The translations under genes were made by a program, and so were the position numbers. From Mytilus trossulus (lineage: Eukaryota), in contig NC_086382.1 of assembly GCF_036588685.1 (NCBI RefSeq), forward strand, positions 71,238,001 through 71,302,000: a stretch of DNA of 64,000 bases. The letters run 5' to 3'. The notes beneath the pieces were generated by a model that was not told the DNA's origin, ran no database searches, and saw only the letters and a program-made list of their open reading frames with translations. Below are positions 35,296-46,900 of this stretch, in pieces. The first letter of the stretch is position 1; each line of letters opens with the position of its first letter.

Positions 35296-36859
35296 GATTA
35301 TGGATATCGAACGTTATAGCAGTTTGAAGACATTAATACGTGTTACAGCCTATGTGATGAGATTTATACAAAACTGTAGGTTAGCACGGAGTGATAGAAC
35401 ATTGTCGGAATTGACTGTTAATGAAATACAGCATGCTACATTGACATGGATACAAACGGTTCAGAAATCAGAATATCATGAAGTGTTTAATTATTTCAAC
35501 AAATCTGTGACAGTTAAGCCGTCTATTGTAAGACAATTCAACTTGTACTTTGATGAAAAAAATGCACTTCGTTGCCGCGGGAGAATTCAACATGCACCTT
35601 TGGAGGAATCAGCTAAACATCCATACTTGTTACCTCCGTTACATAGACTCACTTCACTCATTATTATGGATGCTCATATCAATCATTTACATGAAGGCGT
35701 CAACTCTACCGTAACACACTTGCGACAAGTATACTGGATACCTCGAATTCGTCAACGAGTCAAAGTTGTTCTTAGAAAATGCGTTAACTGTCGGAAAGTA
35801 ACAGGGCATGCTTACCAACAACCTGATCCACCGCCACTGCCCAAAGAGAGGTTACACGAGGATATACCGTTTACTGTTACGGGCGTAGACTTTGCTGGTC
35901 CTATGTATGTGCGAAATACAGATGATATAAAATCAAAGGTATACTTATGTTTGTTTACATGTGCGTCGACGAGAGCTGTTCATTTAGAACTTGTGAATAA
36001 CTTATCAGAACCTACATTTATGTTAGCCTTCAGAAGATTCGCAAGCAGGAGATCCTTACCGAAGTTACTAATATCTGACAATGCACTAACTTTTGAAGCA
36101 GCCAGTCGAGAAATCAAACATCTTACAAACTCAAATCTAGTGCGCGAAAGTCTAAGCTCTACAGGAACAAATTGGAAATTTATTACAAAGAAAGCTCCGT
36201 GGTTTGGTGGTTTCTATGAACGGTTGATTGGGTTAACGAAAATGTGTTTGAAGAAAGTATTAGGAAGTAACTGTGTCGATTTAGAGACTTTACAAACTGT
36301 GTTAACAGAGATCGAAGCAACTCTCAATGATAGACCTCTAACGTATGTTTCATCCGATCTTACGGATCCAGAACCACTGACACCATCACATCTTTTGTAT
36401 GGTCGAAAAATTACGCGACTTCCGTATCCAGATAGTGAAAACAATGGACATTTTGAACCAATTAACTTTAACAAACGTGTTCAATTACAAAGAGACATTC
36501 TAAACCACTTTCAACAGCGATGGAAATATGAGTATTTGACCTCATTACGGGAACATCACAGAAGTGTAGGAAATAACGAACAATCGATAGCTATTGGTGA
36601 TGTTGTTCAAATACATGACGAAACTTTAAGAAATTCATGGAAACTCGCCGTTGTCGAAGAACTCGTAAAAGGAGAGGATAATCTTATCAGAACTGTAAAA
36701 CTTCGCACTAAAAACGGAACCACCAACCGCCCAATCACGAAATTATACCCAATCGAAGTGAACTGTATTGAATCTGAACCGGAGGATGTTACACGACCCA
36801 AGATGTTCCGTCAGGCGAAGTCAGATGCTGTACAAAAGATTCACGAGTGGACAAAATAA
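35225..36859 (+). CDS. BEL/Pao pol part 2: integrase (frameshifted relative to RT/RH)
   Basis: HxxxxH...CxxC zinc site; GVDFAGP, ISDNA and GGFYERLIG catalytic motifs; PLTPSHLL; C-terminal RPITKLYPIE. Confidence 0.92.
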   Translation: MKPQKNSTSCSHLDQKRQEFGIHKIMDIERYSSLKTLIRVTAYVMRFIQNCRLARSDRTLSELTVNEIQHATLTWIQTVQKSEYHEVFNYFNKSVTVKPSIVRQFNLYFDEKNALRCRGRIQHAPLEESAKHPYLLPPLHRLTSLIIMDAHINHLHEGVNSTVTHLRQVYWIPRIRQRVKVVLRKCVNCRKVTGHAYQQPDPPPLPKERLHEDIPFTVTGVDFAGPMYVRNTDDIKSKVYLCLFTCASTRAVHLELVNNLSEPTFMLAFRRFASRRSLPKLLISDNALTFEAASREIKHLTNSNLVRESLSSTGTNWKFITKKAPWFGGFYERLIGLTKMCLKKVLGSNCVDLETLQTVLTEIEATLNDRPLTYVSSDLTDPEPLTPSHLLYGRKITRLPYPDSENNGHFEPINFNKRVQLQRDILNHFQQRWKYEYLTSLREHHRSVGNNEQSIAIGDVVQIHDETLRNSWKLAVVEELVKGEDNLIRTVKLRTKNGTTNRPITKLYPIEVNCIESEPEDVTRPKMFRQAKSDAVQKIHEWTK

Positions 36860-37023
36860 CTTTTCAAATTATGATCGAAATAGACTGTTCAAATTCAAAG
36901 TGATTAATTCTTTCTTTTATGATACATAGACTTTAAAGTTAAGTGATGAATTATGATATATGTCTTCAATTTAGTCAAATTTTCATTTCATTTCTATTTA
37001 TATTTCACTTTCGGCGCCCGGAG

Positions 37024-37195
37024 TGTCAAAGATTCACGACCTTGTTCAAACGTACCCAACGTTACTATTGTTGACGTAACGTTATTGTAACGCAAACTTG
37101 TATGGGATCTGAATTATAGAATTGAAAGCAACACAACGTCTTTTTATTGCCTACAAAAGCGAAGTACTAACCCTAGCATCATAGCATCTTACATA
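37024..37195 (+). repeat. 3' LTR
   Basis: Preceded by the BEL-type cggcgcccggag tract and followed by the TSD GCCTG. Confidence 0.93.
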
Positions 37196-39100
37196 GCCTG
37201 CTCTATAATGAAAGTTGAAGATGAGAGAAAAAAAACTTATTTTTGTCTGGCCTACAAGGAAAGTTGTGTGTGGGAGGGGGGGGGGGGGGGGGACATAAGC
37301 ATTCAGATTTTGTCTTGCATACAGAGAAAGTTGTGGAGGGGAGATAATAAGCATTCAGTTTTTGTCTGTCCTATAATGAAAGTTGGGAAGTGGAGACATA
37401 ATTATTCAATTTTTTTGCTGGGCCAATAACGAAAGTTGTGGAGGGGAGACATATATGCATTCAGTTTTATTTTTTGCCAGACCTATAATGAAAGTTGTGG
37501 AGGGGAGACATAAGCATTCAGTTTTCGTATGGCCTACAAGGAAAGTTGTGAATTGGAGATTTAAGCAGTCAGTTTTTGTCTTGCATACATAGAAAGACGT
37601 GGATGGGAAACATAACAATTTTGTTTTTTACTGACATACAATGAAAGAAATGGAGGCGAGAAATGAGCATTTTTTTTTTTTGCCTGACCTATAATGCAGT
37701 TGTGGAGGGGAAACATAAGAATTCAGTTTTTGTCTGTCATACAATGAAAGTTGTGGAGAGGAGTTATAACATTCAGTTTTTGTCTGGCCTACAATGAATT
37801 GGGTGGGGGAGACATAATCATTCATTTTTTGCATGGCCTATAATGAAAGTTGTAGAGGTAAGGCATAAGCATTCAGATTTTGTCTGGCGCCTACAATGAA
37901 AGTGATACAGGCGAGAAATAAGCATTTTGTTATTGCCTGTCCTCAGTACAATAAAAGTTATTTGGGCGAGAGATAAGCATTCTGTTTTTGTCTGGCAGGC
38001 ATAAGCATTCAGATTTTGTCTGGCCTACAATGAAAGTGATACAGGCGAGAAATAAGCATTCTGTTATTGCCTGGCCTCAGTACAATGAAAGTTATTGGGG
38101 CGAGAAATAAGCATTCTTTTTTTTTCTGGCCTAAGTACAATTAAAGTTATTGGAGTGAGAAGTAAGCATTCTGTTGTTGTCTGACCAATAAAGAAAGTTG
38201 TTGAGGTTAGACATAAACATTCTGTTTTTGTCTGTCATACAATGAAAGTTGTGCAGAGGAGTTATAACATTCAGTTTTTGTCTGGCCTACAATGAATTGT
38301 GTGGGGGGAGACTTAATCATTCATTTTTTGCATGGCCTATAATGAAAGTCGTAGAGGTAAGGCATAAGCATTTAGATTTTGTCTGGCGCCTACAATGAAA
38401 GTGATACAGGCGAGAAATAAGCATTTTGTTATTGCCTGTCCTCAGTACAATAAAAGTTATTTGGGCGAGAAATAAGCATTCTGTTTTTGTCTGGCCTACA
38501 ATGAAAGTGATACAGGCGAGAAATAAGCATTATGTTATTACCTGGCCTCAGTACAATGAAAGTTATTGGGGCGAGAAATAAGCATTCTATTTTTGTCTGG
38601 CCTAAGTACAATGAAAGTTATTGGCGTGAGAAATCAGCATTAAGTTTTTGTCTGGCCTCAGTACAATGAAAATTATTGGGGCGAGAAATAAGCTTTAAGT
38701 TTTTTTTTGTCTGGCTGGTTTTGACTGGCATACAGTTTTTGCTTGTTCTTCAATGAAAGTTGTGGAGGGGATACATAAGCATTCTGTTGTTGTTTGACCA
38801 ATAAAGAAAGTTGTTGAGGTTAGACATAAACATTCTGTTTTTGTCTGGCCTACAGAAAAAGATTTTGAGTGTAGTCATAAGCATTCAGTTTTTGTTTGGC
38901 GTACAATGACAGTTGTGGAGGGAGGCATAAGCATTCCGTTTTTGTCTGGCCTATATAGAACGTTGTAGAGGGGAGACATATACATTCAGGTTTTTTTTCT
39001 TGGCCTGCAATAAAAGTTGTGTAGGCTAGAAGTAGGCATTTTGTTTGGGTTGGCCTACAGATAGATATTGGTGAGAGCCATAAGCATTTGTTTTGCCTGA
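37196..39100. repeat. 51-55-bp tandem satellite, right part (more diverged, with higher-order duplication)
   Basis: The same unit resumes in register after the TSD. Block ~37720-37990 is repeated at ~38220-38490. Confidence 0.9.
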
Positions 39101-39650
39101 CCTTGTGAGAAAAGATGTTCCCTTGAATCATCAACTAATTACAGAGACAAAGATCAATAGTAATTTCGTCTTCATCTTTTCACCTTGCAACAATGCCTGC
39201 CCATGACAATTTCAGCATCAGTACATTTATCTTATCAAACTTTTGTTTAAGATCTCCGGATCCCATTATTTCCAGTATGTCGAACTGAGGTACTCAGTTA
39301 AAAATGGTAATCTGCAGCTGTTCGTAAAAATCATTCTTGGACTCATCTTCAGCATCATTTGTTTGTTTGTAACACTGTATGATAGAAAGTTGGATTCAAT
39401 CTTGCTGTTACTCGTCAGTCATTGGTTGGGTTCCATTCTAGTAGTGTTTTGTCTATTCATTACGTTTAATTATTACTACACTATTAATATGACTGTTCTT
39501 GTCCAAATTGTAGGATGAAGTTCCCACTATTTGTTCTAATCTTTCCTGAGCCAGTCAAATGACATTCGCCCACACACTAAATGTACAACCTGTAGTGCTG
39601 CCCTTTTTTTATTATCCTGTGTGGTCTTTAGTTTCTATACATGATTCAAT
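39095..39650 (-). pseudogene. Degenerate RTE-clade LINE endonuclease fragment
   Basis: Minus-strand pieces LEWNP, NDAEDESKNDFYEQLQ, VPQFDILEIMG.GDL, VMGRH and LMIQGNIFSHK match the RTE APE pattern. Many stops and frameshifts. Confidence 0.7.
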
Positions 39651-40050
39651 CATTTCAGGCTCTTAGGATGGCTAAATGAATTTGTAGTTTTTTGTCCTGT
39701 AAGACTGACTTGTATTTATGTTTCTAGTTTCCACAATAGCCAGTGTTTTCACTAAGAGAAGTAATTCCGCTATTGTTTGAGTCCCCTGTTGAACATATAA
39801 CAAATGGTTATAGTTATTGACCAAACAAGTCGGTATATATATGATTTCATCTGCATCATTTACTGAAAAGAGGTCTGCTAGCATTTACTGGTAATATGGA
39901 AGCTACAGACCTCGTACTCTGTTTCTATATACATGCATGTATTTATATGCATTCAAGATTCAAAACTTGAAATTTCGGCTTGTTTGCCACTGAGTTGATA
40001 AAATTCACTGGTTTCTTAAAGAAGCAACCACAATGTTATAATAATTTAAA

Positions 40051-40183
40051 AAAGAAGATGTGGTATGATTGCCAATGAGACAACTATCCACAAAAGACCA
40101 AAATGACACAAACATTAACAAATATAGGTCACCGTACGGCCTTCAACAATGAGCAAAGCCCATACCGCATAGTCAGCTATAAA
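40051..40183 (+). repeat. Short abundant interspersed repeat
   Basis: aagaagatgtggtatgattgccaatgagacaac...tataggtcaccgtacggccttcaacaatgagcaaagcccatacc. Relatives at 8662/13920 (split by the LINE), 14410, 16880 (minus) and 47263. Confidence 0.75.
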
Positions 40184-40917
40184 ATAATAATAGTTACCTT
40201 ATTATCAGTTGACTTTGCTTTTTGATTCATTATAAAGTCATGAAAGTATCAAATGTCTAAATTGTAGCCAGAACCGAAATTTAATCATATAAAGGTTAGA
40301 CTACACAATAAAGCAATGGTTACTTTCCAGGTATAATATTATCTTAATCAATTCCACGTGCAAATACTTATAATAGACTTCATAATATATGTAATGCTAT
40401 ATTGGTAAAATCAGTCGTACTCTTTTAAGTGAAAAGAAGCAAAATTAAATATTTGAAGAAAAAAAATATCAACTCGGAAAATTAGGCGCATGTGAGCGTT
40501 TATTTATTTGCGCGTATAGGGACCGTCTCAAAGACAAAAATATTCCGGTGATATTCAATGAAAATGCTGATTGGTCTTTCAGGATTTCAGATAATCGCGA
40601 TAATCGATGAGTATAGGAATTCCTTATGATATAATGTGGTTTGTACATATATGGTATAACACATTTTGATATGGAAAATATATGAAGTACTGTATAATTT
40701 GTATAGATCTATATAATATATTAGATATGGGATTAAAAATATAAAACACAGGAAGCATTATAATCTCATGTTGCTAAATTGAACATTGAATAATCATATA
40801 AACTGTCGTTTATCTTTTGTTCAAATAGCAGCTCCAATTTTAATTCATATAACGAAAAACGAATAACGAATACAAGTTATACGGCAAACATTAATTTAGC
40901 AAGTTTTCCAAACATTT

Positions 40918-40962
40918 GACTTCCGGTTAGATCGTTCCTTGGAGACGAAAACAACATGGCGG
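40918..40962 (+). promoter_or_regulatory. AK9 proximal promoter: ETS site, RFX X-box, YY1-like motif
   Basis: GACTTCCGGT (40918-40927); GTTCCTTGGAGAC (40934-40946, reverse complement GTCTCCAAGGAAC); AACATGGCGG overlapping the ATG. Confidence 0.55.
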
Positions 40963-40973
40963 ATCCCACAATG
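40956..40973 (+). CDS. AK9: AK9 exon 1 (MADPTM)
   Basis: Good start context aacATGG, gtaaca donor, promoter motifs upstream. Confidence 0.65.
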
Positions 40974-43900
40974 GTAACATTTAAAAAATGCAAAATGACT
41001 TATGTTCTAATCAAATTCAGGCTTATTATCGACATAGACATTGGCAAATAATGACACAATTTAAAGAAAAATGCATTCTCCATTGAATAGATTATGGGAC
41101 GTAGATGACACCAAAGAAATACAATACACATGTTGACATTTTAAGAATAACAACAATTGTTTATTTTTTAAGCAAACCATGAAACGAAGACATGAAAAGC
41201 GAGTCGTCTGTTTATTTATACAACGAGTTTTCTTCCATCTATTTGATGAGATATGTTGTATATCTGAAAGAGAGCTCGGCATGCTCAGTCATATTCAAAA
41301 CATAAAAAAGGCTTTACCTTCATTAAGTAGCGCTACATAAAGTTTAGTCCGAGATTACTCTAACGTCCAACAGCTGTACTGCCAGACAAGCTGGGGCCGT
41401 GGGAAGTCAGAGCTTGTCCCATATAAAAAAGTGGATATTTGCCCACCCAAAATAGATGTGCTGCTTCCTCACTTTTGGTGCCAACTGACTGCCTTGGAAT
41501 TATATAAATCAGGCATCTATCTCTGCATTTTTCATTTATCTCTCCATTTATGTAAGTTTCACCTACCTGCCAACCTTTTTTTTTTTCGATATTTGTACAG
41601 TTTTCACAGAGACTTATCAATTTCAGCATTTTGACTACATAAAGTTGTCTTGTATTGTATTTTTGTATAGAATATGTTATTGTTAGTAATTATTTTGATT
41701 TAAAGTATGTAAAAATCCTTTACCTTGATTAAGTAGCGCTATGTAAAGTCGTCTTGTATTGCATTTTTGTATAGATTATGTTAGTTATAATTTTGATATA
41801 AAGTTTGTTTAAATCCCAGGTCCCTCTAATCATTGAAAGAATCATTAAAAATCAAGTAATTCATTATTAAGATTAAAAAGACGTAAATTCATTGCAATTT
41901 TGGATTCTTTAGTATACATCACTTGAACAATGCTGAAATTTGCTTTTATCATGGCCCCACTTATAATAAACTGTAGGTATAACGTTCAATAACACCATTA
42001 CTCTTACAAAGCTCTTGTTTAACCATGAGAAAATCAGAAGCCATAAATGGGAAAAGACTATATCAAACTGGCATGCAAATATCAGAAATTAAGGTGGTAT
42101 TTTGGGAAAGTTTAAACAGCATTAAACCAACAATCATTCAAAATTCTTCTGGTTAAAACATGCAATACAAATATCCTATATCATGAATACAGTTACAAAA
42201 AGTTGAAAGAAAAAATATGTACAGAAACCACCAAAAAATGTAAAAAGGTAATTATTTCTGAACAATCATTCCCTTCTTTATTTTATTATTTTTGCTAAAA
42301 TACTGAAACAAATATATTCAACGTATGTAACATTGATGCCAAATTAACTACATCAGGTGCCAATTTTTGACCAGTTGCCAATTTGACTATCCCAGTGTGC
42401 CGATTTGACCAGATGCCGATTTAAACAGACCTGTGCCGATTTGACTGGAATTAAAAAAATGCTGCAATCGCTGCAGTTTCACTTGTTGAATATTTAATTT
42501 ACTTTTGAAAATGAAAACTTTGTCCGCATATATACATTGTAAGTATAATAATATAAGAATTTGTTGTTTTAGGCCACAAAGGAAGGCCAGGGTGAAAAAC
42601 CTATAATGTTACGTGCAGTAAGTGTGTCAGAACCAGGGAGCAAGACACCATTTGAGCTTCCAGAGGATCTTATAAAAAATACAGAACTGGAGATGGATCC
42701 TTATAATGAAAATGAGGTGAGATTATAGTAGTCAATCACAACACAGTAATATCAAATTGCTACAGGCAAAATATATTTAGGACTTAATACTTTAAATGTG
42801 AATTAAAAATACAAGTTACTTTTTTATTATGTCATAGAAGCTGCACTGAGTCACTGCAAAAACTGTAAGAGCTAAGGTTAAAAGCTAGCACCAAACAGAC
42901 TATAATTCTCACCTCATTAACATACATTTTTACATGTACAAATGTATATTTGCAACACATTTTAAACAGTCATAGACCAATCAACAGTTCTATTGTTTAT
43001 TTTTTTGATTTATAGTGAATGGTATATATGCAATGTTTAATCCATTGGATGTGATTGTTCTGAAACTTGTTAGATATACACACTTATACTACTACATGTA
43101 ATGCATTTAAATGTAGTTGGGTTTATATATGATCATAAATGAAAATACTATAGATATATATATTATCAATATTATAAACAATGAAATAAAATATATATAT
43201 CTTAATTTGCAGACTGCATTAAGGTTTCTACATTCCAAGCCAACCTGTTTTATTGTGATTGGTAAACCAGGAGCTGGGAAGACCAGCCTTGTAAGACGTT
43301 TAGCAGCAGAGTGGAAATGTGAACTAATAAATCGTAAGTTTTGTGACAACTATTTCATCTGAACTTTTTCAATATGCATGTTTTTATTATCAATAATGTC
43401 AGAGTTTACATATGGTTCTAGTTTTAAAAATCAATGAAAAGGTAACTTGATAGATTTTGCATCATACATACGTACTGTATATAAATGACATCTGATTTGA
43501 GGCATGCTTTAGTGAATAGGTTTTATGAATGACTTGTGTGTTTTTTTAAAGAAAATATATATATAATTTAAAAGTAATAAGCAACTTGTTACATGTACAA
43601 ATGTACATGTATATTTGATTCATATTTTTGATATTCTTTGATTAGGACTCAGAAACAGTATTACTGTATGGTTGATTATAAATAAAAAAGAATTGGTTGG
43701 GTCAGAATTTTTAGGGTTGATTATAAGTTAAAGAGAAATCAATTTGTATTCTAATGTTTGCCATACAACATTTTTAAATTAATAAAATAGATGAATCAAC
43801 AGCTATGAAAAAGAAGTATGTTTTAAAAATGATTGGTATTTCAACTTGGGTCAAAAATAAAAAATATAAAGTCCCAACCACAATTTGAAATTTTGAAAAA

Positions 43901-46900
43901 AACAAAAAAATGTTTTATTAATCTTGATTTTTTTTTTTGATTTTTTCAGCTACTGAAATTATACTAAGAGCAATTGAAATGGAAACAGAGTCTGGTAAAA
44001 AGTGTGCAGAAATATTAAACCGTGGTGAAGCAGTGTCGGAGGATATGGTTATAAAAATGATAGAAGAGAAAGTTAACTCCCCTGAAGTAGCACATCACGG
44101 TGAGAACTGGTTCCATTATAAAATATACCTCACTCAAGGAAGGGTAGGGGCTAAGAAAATGGAGTTATCACCTGCAGTAGAAGTAGTTGAACATTTTTCT
44201 CATGTATTGTAATAATAACCATGCTTTTCTGACTGAGTTTCAAAAAGATATTTTAAAGGGAACACCCTTAACAGAGTTTGCTGGATATTGACAGCATTTC
44301 CAATAGTTTAAAAATTTTAAGTGTAACAACAGATTTTAGTTATTTGCCTTTTTTCCCCTTCAGGATAGTAAAAGGCTACAGAGTTCAAAAATACAGGATT
44401 AATCTGACCAATGCTAATTAATCACATACATAGGTTTTCTTGTAATAATATTTGAGAGAAATCCACCAATGATAACTGTTTCTTACTAAAATGAAAGGGA
44501 AAAACAAGATATTAATAGTATATATTTTTGTTTTTCAGGTTATGTTTTAGATGATTTCCCATCTCTGTCAGAAGATAATATGAGTATAAAGGATCAGCTA
44601 GAACTTATAAAGAACTGGAAACTTAAACCAGATTTCATAATTAATATTAAAGTGAGTATGAACTTGATAAGTAGACTTTGACAAATAACATGTTGATGAC
44701 AAATTGTTCATTGTTTCTGTTTATCTGTTCACTTCGTGAAGACTCTTGTCTAATAGGTTAACTATTGTATAGACATGTCTATTGTCTAAGACTGTATGTT
44801 GCTGTCTATCATGGCTAGATGTCTTTTTGTTATTTTGTCCTTAGATTAATATTGCAGTACATATTCCCCTCATCTCTTTTTATGTTCTCTTCATTTAATT
44901 TTGTTGAACTTCATTTGGCTTCAGGAATTAAAGTGATGTTATAATGATATACATGTCTAAACTACACTGTTATTATTCATTTTGTTCATGTTTATAAAAT
45001 AAATCAATATTACGTAAACTTTAATTTTCACAGATACCAGATAAAGATCTAGAAGAGAGAAGAACTGGTCAGAAGGTTGACCCTTTAACTGGTATAACTT
45101 ACATAAAGGAAGTGTATGCACCTGAAAAACCAACTAAACAGGTAATTATATTTTTAAAGTGGACTTCTCATTATATAAATCAAAATTTCAAGTATAATAG
45201 AGAATGTGAAAGTAAATAGATACATATCGTAGAATGACCTTTTAAAGTTCTGTAGTTTTGTATCAAAATTTGTATTAGTACTATTGTTAAGTAATGGCTA
45301 GTCAGTACAAATTATATTATTTTTATTGAATTGTCATTTTGTAATTGGAAATACCTTTTAATTACAGCCTACCACCGAGGAAGAAGGAGAAGAAGAAGAG
45401 GAGGAGGCAGAGGAAGAAGAAGAGGCTGGTTTGGAGGTAAGGAGTAAAATAAACAGGGTACCAGGATAGAAAAGGGGAGATAAATTACCTTAAAAAAGCT
45501 CAAACATTCTTCTAGTTAGGATACAGAAGAAACTTGGTAGTTTTTTTTTAACTACAAATCAACTGACATGCCAAATTTCCAATAGTCTTTGAAAGGTATA
45601 TTGTTATTACTATTATCAGCATTTCTTACATGCGTCTTTAAGATTTATTATACTTTGTGTTTATTCATTTCAAATGATTTTAATAGATGAAAAGATAATT
45701 ATATAGGCATGCATTGTAAAAAGCTTTTTTGTTTGTTTTTGATTTTTGGAGATTACAATCATTTAAACAGCAAAATCCATTAACATTTGTATTCTAAATG
45801 ATAGGAAGAAGAGATGGTTGAAGAACTGCCTCCAGAGACATTAGAGAGACTTGTACGAAGACCAGAAGATCTTCCCAATAAAGTGGGGGATAATATACGC
45901 AAATATAAAACTAACATGCTAAGATTACTAGAGGTAAGTCAATAATTAAAAAATACATTTTGAAATTGTATATGGTATAAGGGAAGAGAGTCAAAGCTAA
46001 ACTGTCATAGATATCAGGCTTAAAATTTTGTTTGCCCACATGAGTTTTGTCTTCAAAAGACGGTGGCACTCAATTCAAGAAAGTTTAAAATTATGTACAA
46101 AGTTTAAGAGCATTGACAACTCATATTTCAACAGACTCTGCTAATTTCATAAATAAGTACATGTTCAGTTATTTGCAGTAGATTTTGTAATTATTGGTAA
46201 ACAAAAGAGAATATATGATGCATAGATTTTTAAGTAGTATTTGAAATAAGCAAATAGGAGTATTTATAGCAATTATATTAAAATGAAGTATTAAAATAGA
46301 ATTGGGTTATATATAGACAGTATCAGTTATTGTATGTTTGACTAAGTACTATGTGTTTTGTGTTTTAGGATTACATGGCAGACCATGATCAGCAGTTTCT
46401 GATTGAGATGGATGGAAATCAATCACAGACAGTTCTATTCAAAGTATGTAGGAAGTATCAGAACTTTTAGTCAAACATTTTGCAATTTACAAATCACTTG
46501 TTTTCATGTCATGATAACCTTCTTAAGAAATGTGAAGACCCAATGAAACACATTTGTTACATGACTTAATTACTAATCTTTCAAGAGTTTTTTTTATCTT
46601 TAAAAGACGAAGAAAATTGTAATCCACGAATGAAGATACTTTGAAGTTTTAATTTTATATCCTTTCAACTTGTTTATAATAAAAAGTGTAAAATTTTAAA
46701 TTGTCAAGGGAAAACCATGAATTTGTAACTTTAAAGTTAGAATTGCCATTCTTTGACAGATGGTGATCCTTACATGAAAACTTAAAATGCTATTATGTTA
46801 AAGTATGATTCACAATTTTTTTTCAATAATTTTTAGCAATTAATGACACGGTTGAATTGTTTTGTGTTGAGACCAGCCGCTGTTCCAATGAGACTGATTG

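Larger units (their letters stand above)
32461..37195 (+). mobile_element. BEL/Pao LTR retrotransposon, gag-deleted
   Basis: Identical 172-bp LTRs (32461-32632, 37024-37195), GCCTG TSD, tRNA-His-like PBS TGGTACCGTGACC, domain order PR-RT-RH-IN. Confidence 0.95.

Noticed and set aside
29800-39100. CRISPR-like array (conserved repeat with a short variable segment)
   Set aside because: Units are head-to-tail with only point variation and no unique spacers. There are no cas genes, and the context is eukaryotic.
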